DNA of 49,385 nucleotides from assembly GCA_016867315.1 (NCBI GenBank), contig VGJV01000002.1, positions 1-49,385 of the forward strand, written 5' to 3'. The DNA comes from Candidatus Liptonbacteria bacterium. Its GTDB lineage: Bacteria > Patescibacteriota > Minisyncoccia > UBA6257 > 2-01-FULL-56-20. Under the pieces are notes generated by a model. The model searched no databases and was not told the origin of the DNA. It worked only from the letters and a program-made list of their open reading frames with translations. Below, piece after piece: positions 37,668 through 47,112 of this stretch; within the stretch, counting starts at the first letter, position 1; every line of letters starts with the position of its first letter. The translations under genes were made by a program, and so were the position numbers.

Positions 37668-38444
37668 TCAATGCAACTTGATTTTGACCGAGGTCATAAG
37701 CGCAAATCCACCACTGCGCGGTGTAATGCCTAATCTGCGCTGCATCTCTCCATCTATGAAGGTGAGACGACTCATGATGAATGTGGAATCGCGGCACACA
37801 AAGCTCGAACCGCTTTCGGCTGGAGTAGGATCGTAATCCATAATGAGAAACTTCTCTGCAGTAGGATCAGTGGAATCGACAGACGTTCCAATCACGTTAT
37901 ACCGTTCTCCGGTAATTTGAGATTGTGCAATAACCGACTCTGTGATTCTGGCAAAGTCAGCTTTTCCCGTTACATCTGTCTTTCCAAACCACAATTGTGG
38001 TATTAGCCGTGCTTCACCCACCATCGCAACCGCCGCATCATTCTTGGGAGAAGGAAGCGACACGCTTTGAATTGCCCATACACGCCCCGAAAAATTTTCC
38101 GGCAGGACAATCGTGACGTAGTAGAAACCCGAACGCAAGAAAACATGAGCGGATGTAACCACCAGTTCAGGACCATTCGCGCCCATAAACGCCGTCCCCG
38201 AGGCAGTCCAAGTTCCCGCAATATCATTAGAATCAACTCCTTTGGGATTCATGGAAATATGAACGGGAAAACGATCAGGCAGGAGAGGGTCCTTCAAGCG
38301 ATGCGCCATAAGGTAGTGGTAACGCTTGATGATATCCGCACTCGTAGGAATGGGATTCTGAATTTTCACCGGGAACACCCAGAAGATGGCGATCGAGATG
38401 CAGATTGGAATCAAAACCAATAAAAAAACATATTTAGTTTTCAT
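37668..38444 (-). CDS. Membrane-anchored trypsin-like serine protease (putative)
   Basis: N-terminal TM; TSAHV (His), NDAAV (Asp), AESGS (Ser) in triad order; ATG 38444 follows the promoter. Confidence 0.6.
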   Translation of the reverse strand: MKTKYVFLLVLIPICISIAIFWVFPVKIQNPIPTSADIIKRYHYLMAHRLKDPLLPDRFPVHISMNPKGVDSNDIAGTWTASGTAFMGANGPELVVTSAHVFLRSGFYYVTIVLPENFSGRVWAIQSVSLPSPKNDAAVAMVGEARLIPQLWFGKTDVTGKADFARITESVIAQSQITGERYNVIGTSVDSTDPTAEKFLIMDYDPTPAESGSSFVCRDSTFIMSRLTFIDGEMQRRLGITPRSGGFALMTSVKIKLH

Positions 38445-38456
38445 AGAGCAGTGGAA

Positions 38457-38485
38457 AGAATACAAATTCAGCCTCTGAATGTCAA
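38457..38485 (-). promoter_or_regulatory. Bacterial sigma70 promoter
   Basis: TTGACA-17 nt-TATTCT upstream of ATG 38444. Confidence 0.7.
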
Positions 38486-38501
38486 GAGGCTATTTATAAA
38501 A

Positions 38502-38533
38502 CATTCTATTTTTTACTCTCTATTTTCTACTCT
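38502..38533. repeat. Heptamer array, inverted partner of 37550-37583
   Basis: Minus strand AGAGT AGAAAAT AGAGAGT AAAAAAT AGAATG. Confidence 0.6.
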
Positions 38534-39047
38534 CTTCTGCAAGATATTTCTCAAACCCCTCCTCTTCCAATTTCTGCGCTTTTTCTAACACCGCTTTCTC
38601 TAAATTCTCCCGATAAGTATCAAGCTGTTCTTGCAACTTCTTATCCCCTGTCGCAAGAATCCGCACCGCGAGGAGTCCCGCATTTTTAGCTCCGTTGATC
38701 GCCACCGTCGCCACGGGAATCCCACCGGGCATTTGCACAATCGAAAAAAGTGAATCGATCCCTTTCATTGTAGAAGTTTTAATAGGCACCCCGACGACCG
38801 GCAACGAAGTCATCGACGCCGTCATCCCCGGCAAATGCGCCGCCCCTCCCGCGCCCGCGATAATGACTTTAAGTCCCCGCTCCGCCGCGGACTTCGCATA
38901 CTCATTCATTCGATCCACAGTTCGATGAGCCGAGACCACCGTCACTTCGTGCGGCACGCCGAATTCCTCGAGCACTTTCGCCGCCTCTTGCATCACCGGC
39001 AAATCCGAATCCGAACCCATAATGATCCCTACGAGTGGTTTATCCAT
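38520..39047 (-). CDS. purE: N5-CAIR mutase PurE
   Basis: [37 protein letters not shown]. Confidence 0.97.
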   Translation of the reverse strand: MDKPLVGIIMGSDSDLPVMQEAAKVLEEFGVPHEVTVVSAHRTVDRMNEYAKSAAERGLKVIIAGAGGAAHLPGMTASMTSLPVVGVPIKTSTMKGIDSLFSIVQMPGGIPVATVAINGAKNAGLLAVRILATGDKKLQEQLDTYRENLEKAVLEKAQKLEEEGFEKYLAEESRK

Positions 39048-39882
39048 AATTGCTCTTAATGTAATCCATTCCCGCCGCTTTGAATATCCCATCGAAATTC
39101 GAGAGGATTTTTTTCTCTCCATTCGAAAAAGTCACCATAAGATGCACAAACACATTGGGTAGTTCTGGCATTTCCGGATTCATCAGCCGCGCCTCGAATG
39201 TAAATGCGCACGATTCGGGAATTTTGAAAGTTTCAAGCTCATTAATATACACCCGCTTCGAGCGAATAGTTTCTCGCACTTCTTCAAAAGAATTACCGAA
39301 TGAAATCGGCTCCCCATACGAACCGGGTACCGTGTGTCCCAAATTGGTTTTTAATGGATCGTGATTCGTCGTCATCCACCCGATCACCCGCCACTGACTT
39401 GCAAAATGTTGCATCGCCGCCGCAAATAATTCTCGGAAACTCATTCCTACCTCTGCGAGTGCTGCTGCGTCATATATCATCTTATAAGTATTCGAAATAT
39501 GCTCCCGAACTTTCTCATCTGTCCCCCGATACACGGTGCATCCCAGATCTCCGATCATCCCTGTAGCCTTGTCCACCGTCGAAGCATAAAGAATACTTAC
39601 CGACTCCGCGGTCATTGGCACCGATTCTTGCGGAGCTGACTCCGGCTTTCGAAGCGTCTCGAATTTCAACCGATCATAAGGAGCTTCTGCCGCAAGCACT
39701 CCTATTCCCCCTGCGGGAGGGTCATACCACCCGGTCGGATAAAACTGCGGATATTGCGAAATATTCGCGAGAATCCGATCCCGCATTCCCGCCTCGGAAA
39801 TTCCCTCTACGCCTTTGAGCGCTTCGGCCATAATATCTCCAGTGAGCTTCCGCGATTCAATAATAGTCTGAATCCGATCCAT
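39040..39882 (-). CDS. M24 (pita-bread) fold-like protein of unknown function
   Basis: SE..MRD, GDLG.T.Y.G, LGH and FTFE pattern reminiscent of M24 peptidases/creatinase. Confidence 0.55.
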   Translation of the reverse strand: MDRIQTIIESRKLTGDIMAEALKGVEGISEAGMRDRILANISQYPQFYPTGWYDPPAGGIGVLAAEAPYDRLKFETLRKPESAPQESVPMTAESVSILYASTVDKATGMIGDLGCTVYRGTDEKVREHISNTYKMIYDAAALAEVGMSFRELFAAAMQHFASQWRVIGWMTTNHDPLKTNLGHTVPGSYGEPISFGNSFEEVRETIRSKRVYINELETFKIPESCAFTFEARLMNPEMPELPNVFVHLMVTFSNGEKKILSNFDGIFKAAGMDYIKSNYG

Positions 39883-39890
39883 TAGTTTGA

Positions 39891-41051
39891 TTATATAGAA
39901 ATTTTACTCCTCGCTTCCTCTGCTCTCCGACGCGCCTCTTCTATAGTTTCTCCGATGGCGGTCACATGCCCCATTTTTCGCTCGGGCTTCGTTTCTTGTT
40001 TGCCATAGAGATGCACGCGCACACCGGGCACTTTATGGGCCTCCTCCACTCCTTTTGGCTCCGCCGGGCCGCTCCGGTCTCCTAAAATATTCACCATCAC
40101 TGCCGCCGGCACATTCATCTCCGCAGATTCAAGCGGCATTCCGGTAATCGCCCGAATATGCTGCGTGAACTGCGACGTAAGGCACGCCTCAATCGTAAGA
40201 TGTCCGCTGTTGTGCACCCTCGGCGCAATTTCGTTTATCAAAATTTCATATCCCTCGCCTCCGCTCGGGATTCTTGATTCCTTTGGAACCAAGAACATTT
40301 CGATTCCGAATACGCCTACTCCCTTGAGTTCTTGGAGGACCCGGCTTGCGACGCGCTGCGCCTCCTTGCGCGCCGCCTCGCCCACAGGCGCCGGCGCGAT
40401 CACCACATGGCAAATATTATTGCGGTGCATGGTCTCCACGGGCATGTAGGAAACAATCTCGCCCGTGGTGCCTCTCGCGACCACTACCGAAAGTTCTTTC
40501 GTGAACGGCACCCACTTTTCTACATAGCACGGGGACTTCGATAACTTTTGAAAGCCCTTTTTAATTTCCTCCTCCTTAGTTACGCAAAAATTTCCACGCC
40601 CGTCATACCCGCCCTCCCGCGCCTTGAGCACGAAAGGGTACCCAAAACTCTTTGTTACCTCCCGTATTTCCTCTTCCGAATGTACCGAAACAAAATCGGC
40701 GGTAGGAATTCCCGCCGCACGCAAAAATTCTTTCTGCCGCAATTTGTCTTTGATAATCTCCAAAGTCTCGGGCGAAGGATTCACGCTCTTCCCCTCCGTC
40801 ATAAGCTCCTTCAAAACTTCGTGATTCACGTGCTCCAATTCAAAGGTAATAAAGTCACTCTGCGTGGCAAGTTCTCGAATCGCCTTCGCGTCTTTAAAAC
40901 CTGCGACAATCTGCCCATCTGCAACTTGTGCCGCGGGACTCCCCGGCGTGGGATCGAGTACCACGACACTAAACCCCAATGCATGCGCCGCCATCGTGAG
41001 CATCCGCCCCAATTGTCCTCCGCCCACGATCCCGATTCGCTTCCTGTTCAT
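39891..41051 (-). CDS. purK: N5-CAIR synthetase PurK
   Basis: GGGQLGRM, GYDGRGN, NEIAPRVHNSGH, YGK...RKMGH. Confidence 0.97.
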   Translation of the reverse strand: MNRKRIGIVGGGQLGRMLTMAAHALGFSVVVLDPTPGSPAAQVADGQIVAGFKDAKAIRELATQSDFITFELEHVNHEVLKELMTEGKSVNPSPETLEIIKDKLRQKEFLRAAGIPTADFVSVHSEEEIREVTKSFGYPFVLKAREGGYDGRGNFCVTKEEEIKKGFQKLSKSPCYVEKWVPFTKELSVVVARGTTGEIVSYMPVETMHRNNICHVVIAPAPVGEAARKEAQRVASRVLQELKGVGVFGIEMFLVPKESRIPSGGEGYEILINEIAPRVHNSGHLTIEACLTSQFTQHIRAITGMPLESAEMNVPAAVMVNILGDRSGPAEPKGVEEAHKVPGVRVHLYGKQETKPERKMGHVTAIGETIEEARRRAEEARSKISI

Positions 41052-41076
41052 TGCCTATGACTATACCGGAAAAGCA

Positions 41077-41108
41077 AAGAGGCTGAAAGGAAATCCCTTC
41101 AGCCTCTT
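41077..41108 (-). terminator. Intrinsic terminator hairpin
   Basis: aagaggctgaa/ttcagcctctt 11-bp stem followed by TGCTTTT on the minus strand. Confidence 0.6.
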
Positions 41109-41119
41109 GGCATGAATGG

Positions 41120-41590
41120 CTAAATACTGATCGTGGGAGCTTCTTGAAGAAATATCACGACAGTGCGGATAACCTTTTGGGCAGTGAATTCCAACTGCCC
41201 TTCTTCATTGGCATAGACCAAATGAAAAATGGGGTGCTGTAAAAGGCGCGGAAATTGGGCCGCCGGATCTTCCCGCAACCAAGCTTGGATCACGCGACGT
41301 TTATAATCGGGAAACATTTCCCGCAATCTTCGTTCTCGCTCTGCAAGCGAAGCGCGAATAAATATCCGCAATGTTTTGTCTCCCTTCTCCGTCAGCAAAT
41401 CCAGTGTTCTGGCTTCTTGAGGACTTACCTCCATAGCTACTTGCGCAGAACCCGCAAGTGAATCCTGCACCATCCCAAAAGGATGTCCGTTCCTCTCCAC
41501 GCAGCGAACTATGGGAAAGGCTTCCTGAATTCGTTTCAAAATCTGTGTTTTCCCCGCTCCTCGGCAACCGGAAATAGTGATAAGTTTCAT
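41120..41590 (-). CDS. P-loop NMP-kinase-like protein
   Basis: Walker A GCRGAGKT; IFIRAS..ER..RL lid-like motif. Confidence 0.6.
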   Translation of the reverse strand: MKLITISGCRGAGKTQILKRIQEAFPIVRCVERNGHPFGMVQDSLAGSAQVAMEVSPQEARTLDLLTEKGDKTLRIFIRASLAERERRLREMFPDYKRRVIQAWLREDPAAQFPRLLQHPIFHLVYANEEGQLEFTAQKVIRTVVIFLQEAPTISI

Positions 41591-41694
41591 ATCCTCCCGC
41601 TCGTTGGTTTGGTTTTTACAAAATAGCGAAAGCCACTACTCTCAAAAAGTGGCCCTACAACTGCTTCTAGCCTATCTCTCTTTTTGCGCCTTCG

Positions 41695-43008
41695 TCAAAC
41701 TCGATTCAAAGATTTCACCCCAATGTCTTTTCTATAATAAACGCCTTCAAAATGAATTTTCGCCGCTGCCTCGTAGGCCTTTTTGAGCGCATCCTCGAGC
41801 GTAGCTCCAATCGCCGTTACTCCCAACACCCTTCCCCCGGAAGTAACTAATTTTCCATTCTCCATCTTAGTCCCTGCGTGAAACACTACAACATCGGACA
41901 TTTTTTCCGCCTCTTCGATTCCCGTGATTTCCTTTCCCTTTTCATAATTGCCCGGATACCCTCCGCTGCAAAGGATGACGCAACACGCAAATCCGGAATT
42001 CCATGCTATAGAAACATTTTCCAAAGTGCCCTCGATACACGCTTCGATAACATCGAGCAAATCGGTCTTCAAAAGGCGCATATAACTCTCGCATTCCGGA
42101 TCGCCAAACCGAGAATTAAATTCAATCGTCTTTATCCCGTGATCCGCGTCAGCGGATTTTACGGGATTCGACCCCTCCGCAGTCATCATAAGCCCCGGAT
42201 ATAAAAGCCCCTGAAAAGGAGTCCCGGCTTTTCGCAAAGCCTCGAGTGCCGGAGCCACTACCCTCTCTGCCACAATTTGCATATTCTGCGCTCCCACCCA
42301 CGTAAGCGGCGCGATAGTACCGATACCGCCGGTGTTGGGTCCCTTGTCTCCCTCGTAAATCGCCTTGTGATCCTGCGACGGCGGGAACATCACAAATGTC
42401 TTCCCATCCGTAAACGCATGTGCTGAAAACTCCTCTCCTTTCAAGAATTCTTCGATCACCACCCGACTCCCCGACTCTCCAAACACTTTTTCCACCATAA
42501 TTTTTTTGAGCGTAGCTTCTGCTTCTTCGAATGTAGCCGCAATCGTTACGCCTTTCCCCAATGCCAACCCATCAGCCTTAATCACAATCGGCAAAGATTG
42601 ATTCTTCACGTATTCCAAGGCCTTCTCATAATTATCGAAAGTTTCAAATTTCGCGGTGGGAATCCTATTCTCCTGCATAATTTTTTTAGCAAATCCCTTC
42701 GAAGCCTCGATTTGCGCCGCGGCCTTCGTCGGTCCGAAAATCTTTAACCCTCTCGCGGTAAACGCGTCCACGATCCCCATCGCCAGCGGATCGTCCGACG
42801 CCACCACCGTAATATCTATTTTCTCATCGAGGGCGAATTCAATAAGTTTCGGAATATCCGTTGGGGCAATTGGCACGTCTTGGGCCACATTGCCCGTGCC
42901 CCCGTTTCCCGGCGCGATATACAGCTTCGTGACGCGTGGCGACTGCGCGAGCTTCCACGCAAGCGCATGTTCCCGCGCATAATTTCCCACCACAAGTACT
43001 TTAGCCAT
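41695..43008 (-). CDS. purD: Phosphoribosylamine-glycine ligase PurD
   Basis: REHALAW, PGNGG, KADGLA.GKGV, GPNTGG, EFNSRFGDPE, GGRVL. Confidence 0.97.
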   Translation of the reverse strand: MAKVLVVGNYAREHALAWKLAQSPRVTKLYIAPGNGGTGNVAQDVPIAPTDIPKLIEFALDEKIDITVVASDDPLAMGIVDAFTARGLKIFGPTKAAAQIEASKGFAKKIMQENRIPTAKFETFDNYEKALEYVKNQSLPIVIKADGLALGKGVTIAATFEEAEATLKKIMVEKVFGESGSRVVIEEFLKGEEFSAHAFTDGKTFVMFPPSQDHKAIYEGDKGPNTGGIGTIAPLTWVGAQNMQIVAERVVAPALEALRKAGTPFQGLLYPGLMMTAEGSNPVKSADADHGIKTIEFNSRFGDPECESYMRLLKTDLLDVIEACIEGTLENVSIAWNSGFACCVILCSGGYPGNYEKGKEITGIEEAEKMSDVVVFHAGTKMENGKLVTSGGRVLGVTAIGATLEDALKKAYEAAAKIHFEGVYYRKDIGVKSLNRV

Positions 43009-43645
43009 TCGAATTTAATTTATAGACGTAATATGTAAACCCATTCTTACCTTTTCTCTTTCCGACTTCAAGCGGCGTCAAACCATATACTCTCGCCAAC
43101 CGCTTAATTTTTCGCGTATCCCCGAATGATGACCAGCAAATAAAGCCTCTCCCTCCTTCCCTAAGATGCTCCGGCAAGTGTTTCAAAAACTTCTTTACGG
43201 AAACATGTCCTGCATCCCAAAAACTGATTTCGTGACTTCGCTTCGCCTGATGATCGGTGAACGGCGGATTGAACGCGATCACATCGAATTTTTTCTTGAT
43301 TCCTCCAAACACATCCTCTCGCCGCACCTCTATATTCAAATTGAGAAAGCTGCTATTCCGTTTCGCGTTTGCTACCGCCGCCGGATTTTTGTCTGTCGCG
43401 AGCACATAATGAGCTCCGTGCTTTTTTGCATACAAAGCCACGAATCCGGTTCCCGTACCTATGTCCCACAAATCCTCTCCTTTCTTGAGATCGAGCACGC
43501 TGCAAAGAAGCTCTGTATCCGTGCTCCCTTGATAGACCTTCGGCAGTACAAAATAATTAATACCCGTACTCTTCTTAAGAAACGGCCGACGTTCTGCCAT
43601 TCTCTTTAGAGATTCTGCCTGAAGCTTTAAACTTTCTGCGCTCAT
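43001..43645 (-). CDS. Class I SAM methyltransferase (HemK/PrmC-like)
   Basis: DIGTGTG motif I; FNPPF motif IV. Confidence 0.85.
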   Translation of the reverse strand: MSAESLKLQAESLKRMAERRPFLKKSTGINYFVLPKVYQGSTDTELLCSVLDLKKGEDLWDIGTGTGFVALYAKKHGAHYVLATDKNPAAVANAKRNSSFLNLNIEVRREDVFGGIKKKFDVIAFNPPFTDHQAKRSHEISFWDAGHVSVKKFLKHLPEHLREGGRGFICWSSFGDTRKIKRLARVYGLTPLEVGKRKGKNGFTYYVYKLNSNG

Positions 43646-43651
43646 CTGATA

Positions 43652-44434
43652 TTATCCGTGCGGAAATAATTCTATCGCTTTTTGTTTCGCTTCTTCCAAG
43701 ATTTTTTCTTCCCCAGGCCAAACAAGCGACGTCTCCCGCACGAGTTCCATCACCCCGTCAGTAGATCGGGCAGCCTTCCACCCCTCGGGCACTGCCCGAT
43801 TCACTGCGGGGCTTTCGCTTCTCCTCGCAAAACTCGCCACGGTCTCAATTTGCACTTCATATTCCGCGGGAAGCACTCGCCCCTGCAATCCCTCGGGGGT
43901 ATCTTCGGGCAAAATCGGCACGCGTTGCACTCCCACGACCGCCCCTTTGTCATACTCCGCCGCCACCCTGTGCGCGGTAGCTTCCGTCCAGAAATCCCGA
44001 TTCACTGCCCGCACAAAAAACAGTCGCGCTGCACTCACCCGCTTTCCATACATTCCCTGTCCGCCGAAATCCAACCGCCCAGGGTCTAACGGCCCCGGAT
44101 GCTGATTCACAATTCTCCCCTCAAAAGCTTTAATGACATTCTCCGGAGTTTTCACGAGCCACCCATACTGCCCCACAAAGTCCACCTCTCGTGCACGGCA
44201 CTCTTTTATAATCGCCTCCCCGAATTCTTCCCGCGAGGCAAAACTTTTAGGCGAGAGCACTAACACATCTTTCTCCGGTACTCCGGCTTTTTTCGATCTC
44301 TCAATCCCTCCCGCCTCCGACTTGCTCGCAATCACACACCCGATCTCCACTCCCGTGAGTCTCCCCGATTGAGTGGCCCGAATAATAGCTTCGGCAGTAG
44401 TCCCCCCGCCGGAGATAAGCAAAGCAATTTTCAT
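43652..44434 (-). CDS. purN: GAR transformylase PurN
   Basis: LISGGGT, N.HP, FGG.GMYG, T.H.V...YD.G. Confidence 0.88.
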   Translation of the reverse strand: MKIALLISGGGTTAEAIIRATQSGRLTGVEIGCVIASKSEAGGIERSKKAGVPEKDVLVLSPKSFASREEFGEAIIKECRAREVDFVGQYGWLVKTPENVIKAFEGRIVNQHPGPLDPGRLDFGGQGMYGKRVSAARLFFVRAVNRDFWTEATAHRVAAEYDKGAVVGVQRVPILPEDTPEGLQGRVLPAEYEVQIETVASFARRSESPAVNRAVPEGWKAARSTDGVMELVRETSLVWPGEEKILEEAKQKAIELFPHG

Positions 44435-44436
44435 GG

Positions 44437-45861
44437 CTACGAAGTAAACAAAGTCCCCTGCCGCTCGTGCATCACTTCCATCACCCGCACTTCGCGCATG
44501 CGTTCATGAATATCGATCGGATAATCTCCGGTAAAACAGGAAGTATTAAACACCGATCGGGGCAAACGGGTGGATTCGATAAGGCCTCGAAGCGAGAGAT
44601 AATAAAGCGAGGTCGCTCCCAAAAACTTCCCCACTTCTTCCACGGATTTTGTAGAGGCAATTAAATCTTTCTGCGCCGGCGTGTCGATTCCATAAAAATC
44701 CGGGAAAAGAATGGGCGGCGAGCTCACGAGGAAATGCACTTCAGTTGCTCCCGCTTCAAAAAGCGATTTTACAATTCTCCGCGAAGTTGTCCCGCGCACG
44801 ATCGAATCATCGATTAAAATCACCCGCTTGCCGCGCAAAATCTCCGGCACAGGCACGAGCTTCAACTTCACTCCCAAATCCCGCGAGTGCTGATCGGGCT
44901 CAATAAACGTCCGATGGATGTATCGGTCTTTAATAAAGGCGAGTTCCAAGGGAATCCCCGAGGCATGCGCATAGCCTGCCGCCATGGGAACTGCCGTCTC
45001 CGGCACTGGTACCACAATATCCGCCTCGGGCTTATATTCCTTCGCGAGCTGCATCCCGAAGTTCCTCCGCACTTCATAGACCGATCGGCCCATAAAAGTG
45101 CTGTCCGGCCGTGCAAAGTAGACGAACTCAAAAATATCGAAACGCTGCCGCCCAGGCACAAGCTGTTGCGCTCGCACGCCTTCTTTGGTAACCGTGACCA
45201 TCTCTCCCGGCGCTACTTCTCTCAAAAACTCGGCCCCCATCGAGTGAAACGCGCAGGTCTCCGACGCGAATACCACGCCCCCATTCAAAGTACCCATCAC
45301 GAGCGGCCGCACGCCAAATCCGTCCCGCACGGCCACCAGCGCCTCCTTCGTCATCACGACCAAAGAAAAAGCCCCTGTGAAAAAGGGGAATGCTTGCCTC
45401 ACTGCTTCCGGAAGCGAACTACCCACCTTCATGAAATAACCGATCGCCTCCGCCATAAGCTCCGAGTCATTTTTACCTTCGATGGATACATTTCGCGCTG
45501 AAAGAAACTCTTCGAGAAGCTTCACACTGGGCAAATTCCCGTTGTGCGCGAGGGCGAGTGCTCCATCTCGCACGACGACCGGTTGCGCATGCGTCATGCC
45601 AGTGCCTTCGGAAGTCGAATAGCGATTATGCCCGATCGCACAAAATCCCTTGAGGCTCTGAATCGCTTCTTCGGTGTATACCTGGGTCACTAGTCCCAAT
45701 CCTTTGTGAGAACGAATACTTTGCCCGTCTCCCACGGCAATTCCCGAACTTTCCTGTCCGCGATGCTGCAGCGAAAAAAGGCCGAAGAATGATAATCGGC
45801 TTACATCCATACCCTCTCCAAAAATCCCGAAAATCCCACATTTTTCATTCACTTCGTTCAT
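44437..45861 (-). CDS. purF: Amidophosphoribosyltransferase PurF
   Basis: Propeptide then CGIFG, QHRGQ, GHNRYST, HNGN, FEFVYFARPDS, DDSIVRGTT. Confidence 0.97.
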   Translation of the reverse strand: MNEVNEKCGIFGIFGEGMDVSRLSFFGLFSLQHRGQESSGIAVGDGQSIRSHKGLGLVTQVYTEEAIQSLKGFCAIGHNRYSTSEGTGMTHAQPVVVRDGALALAHNGNLPSVKLLEEFLSARNVSIEGKNDSELMAEAIGYFMKVGSSLPEAVRQAFPFFTGAFSLVVMTKEALVAVRDGFGVRPLVMGTLNGGVVFASETCAFHSMGAEFLREVAPGEMVTVTKEGVRAQQLVPGRQRFDIFEFVYFARPDSTFMGRSVYEVRRNFGMQLAKEYKPEADIVVPVPETAVPMAAGYAHASGIPLELAFIKDRYIHRTFIEPDQHSRDLGVKLKLVPVPEILRGKRVILIDDSIVRGTTSRRIVKSLFEAGATEVHFLVSSPPILFPDFYGIDTPAQKDLIASTKSVEEVGKFLGATSLYYLSLRGLIESTRLPRSVFNTSCFTGDYPIDIHERMREVRVMEVMHERQGTLFTS

Positions 45862-45866
45862 GGTAT

Positions 45867-46321
45867 CGATGCGAATATACTAATCTACTAATAATACTAA
45901 TCAAATTAAATTCTTCCGTGTATCAGATTCGATTTTAACAATCCGCACGGGTTTCAAATAACGATTTCTAAAATTAACAAGCAATCCCAGCTTTTTATTT
46001 AGGTTCTGCAAATATCGTTGTGTCTGATAAAAATCTTCTTTGTTCAATAACCGCTTAGACTTAGCCTCAAGAACAATTTTGTCATCAATTAAAAAATCTA
46101 CAATATTGCCCGTCTCGCCTATTGAATATTCTCTCTTGTAAGGCAAGCCAATTTCCTTAAATTTTGCCTCAAGAAAGTCGCAGTACTGCTTTTCTCTTCC
46201 AAACCTTCCCAATTCATTGTGAGCAGCGAAACAAATTCCCGTGATTGTATAAGAAAGTTCTGGATGAATCAGTTTCTGATTCATATTCGCATAATTAGTA
46301 CTCATTCGTATATTAGCATCG
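45867..46321. mobile_element. Putative insertion cassette: GxxExxY gene within inverted repeats
   Basis: CGATGCGAATATACTAAT (45867-45884) matches the reverse complement of 46304-46321 at 16/18; AT-rich interior. Confidence 0.55.
45901..46305 (-). CDS. GxxExxY family protein (PD-(D/E)XK nuclease-like)
   Basis: HNELGRFGREKQY, DFLI...LEAK, Q..RYL, GLLVNF. Confidence 0.88.
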   Translation of the reverse strand: MSTNYANMNQKLIHPELSYTITGICFAAHNELGRFGREKQYCDFLEAKFKEIGLPYKREYSIGETGNIVDFLIDDKIVLEAKSKRLLNKEDFYQTQRYLQNLNKKLGLLVNFRNRYLKPVRIVKIESDTRKNLI

Positions 46322-46326
46322 CTACC

Positions 46327-47106
46327 CTACGCGAAATATTTAACAGCATTCTTAAATATCTGTAACCCAGGCCCTTCTTTCGGCAACGGCTTCCTAGTCC
46401 GCAAAGACTCTTCGCGTAGATATGCCCAGTGAGGCAACTGCGTTGGAAACATCGCTCGCTCGGGATGCGGCATCATCCCCAAAATCTTACCATGCCTCCC
46501 CAACACCCCGGCAATATCCCGGAGCGCGCCATTGGGATTTGCGGGCAAGGCTTGCGTCTCGCATATTTCTCCTTTCACATATTTAAATGCCACCGATTGA
46601 CTCTTCTCTAAAGAATTTAAAAGTGCGTCGCTACCAATATATTTTCCCTCTCCATGGGCAATAGGAACGGAAATACGGGTAATACCTTGAAGCCACGGGC
46701 TCTTCCCTACCGTTTCCAAATCCACCCATCGATCCGTGTATCGCGCGGAGTCATTATACGTGAGCGCGCCTGGCAAAAGTCCTGCGTTCGTCAAAATTTG
46801 GAACCCATTACAAATCCCGATTCCCAATTTATCGCCTTCGAAAAAAGTATCGATACTCGCCGCAAGATGGTTCCGCAACTTGTTCGCATATGCTTTTCCC
46901 GATCCCGTATCGTCTCCATAGGAAAACCCTCCCGGTACTGCGAGAATCTCATAAGACCGGAGCGACACAAATCCATCCACAAGATCGTTCACATGCACGA
47001 CGTCCGCGGTGGCCCCCGCTCGTTCGAATGCGAATTTCGTCTCCTCCTCACAGTTGAGGCCGTAGCCGGAGAATACTATAACTTTAGGTTTGCGAATTTT
47101 TGTCAT
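46327..47106 (-). CDS. purQ: FGAM synthase glutaminase subunit PurQ
   Basis: G.NCE.E, PGGFSYGD, GICNGFQIL, AHGEG, NPNG, GMMPHPER. Confidence 0.97.
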   Translation of the reverse strand: MTKIRKPKVIVFSGYGLNCEEETKFAFERAGATADVVHVNDLVDGFVSLRSYEILAVPGGFSYGDDTGSGKAYANKLRNHLAASIDTFFEGDKLGIGICNGFQILTNAGLLPGALTYNDSARYTDRWVDLETVGKSPWLQGITRISVPIAHGEGKYIGSDALLNSLEKSQSVAFKYVKGEICETQALPANPNGALRDIAGVLGRHGKILGMMPHPERAMFPTQLPHWAYLREESLRTRKPLPKEGPGLQIFKNAVKYFA

Positions 47107-47112
47107 AAGTCA

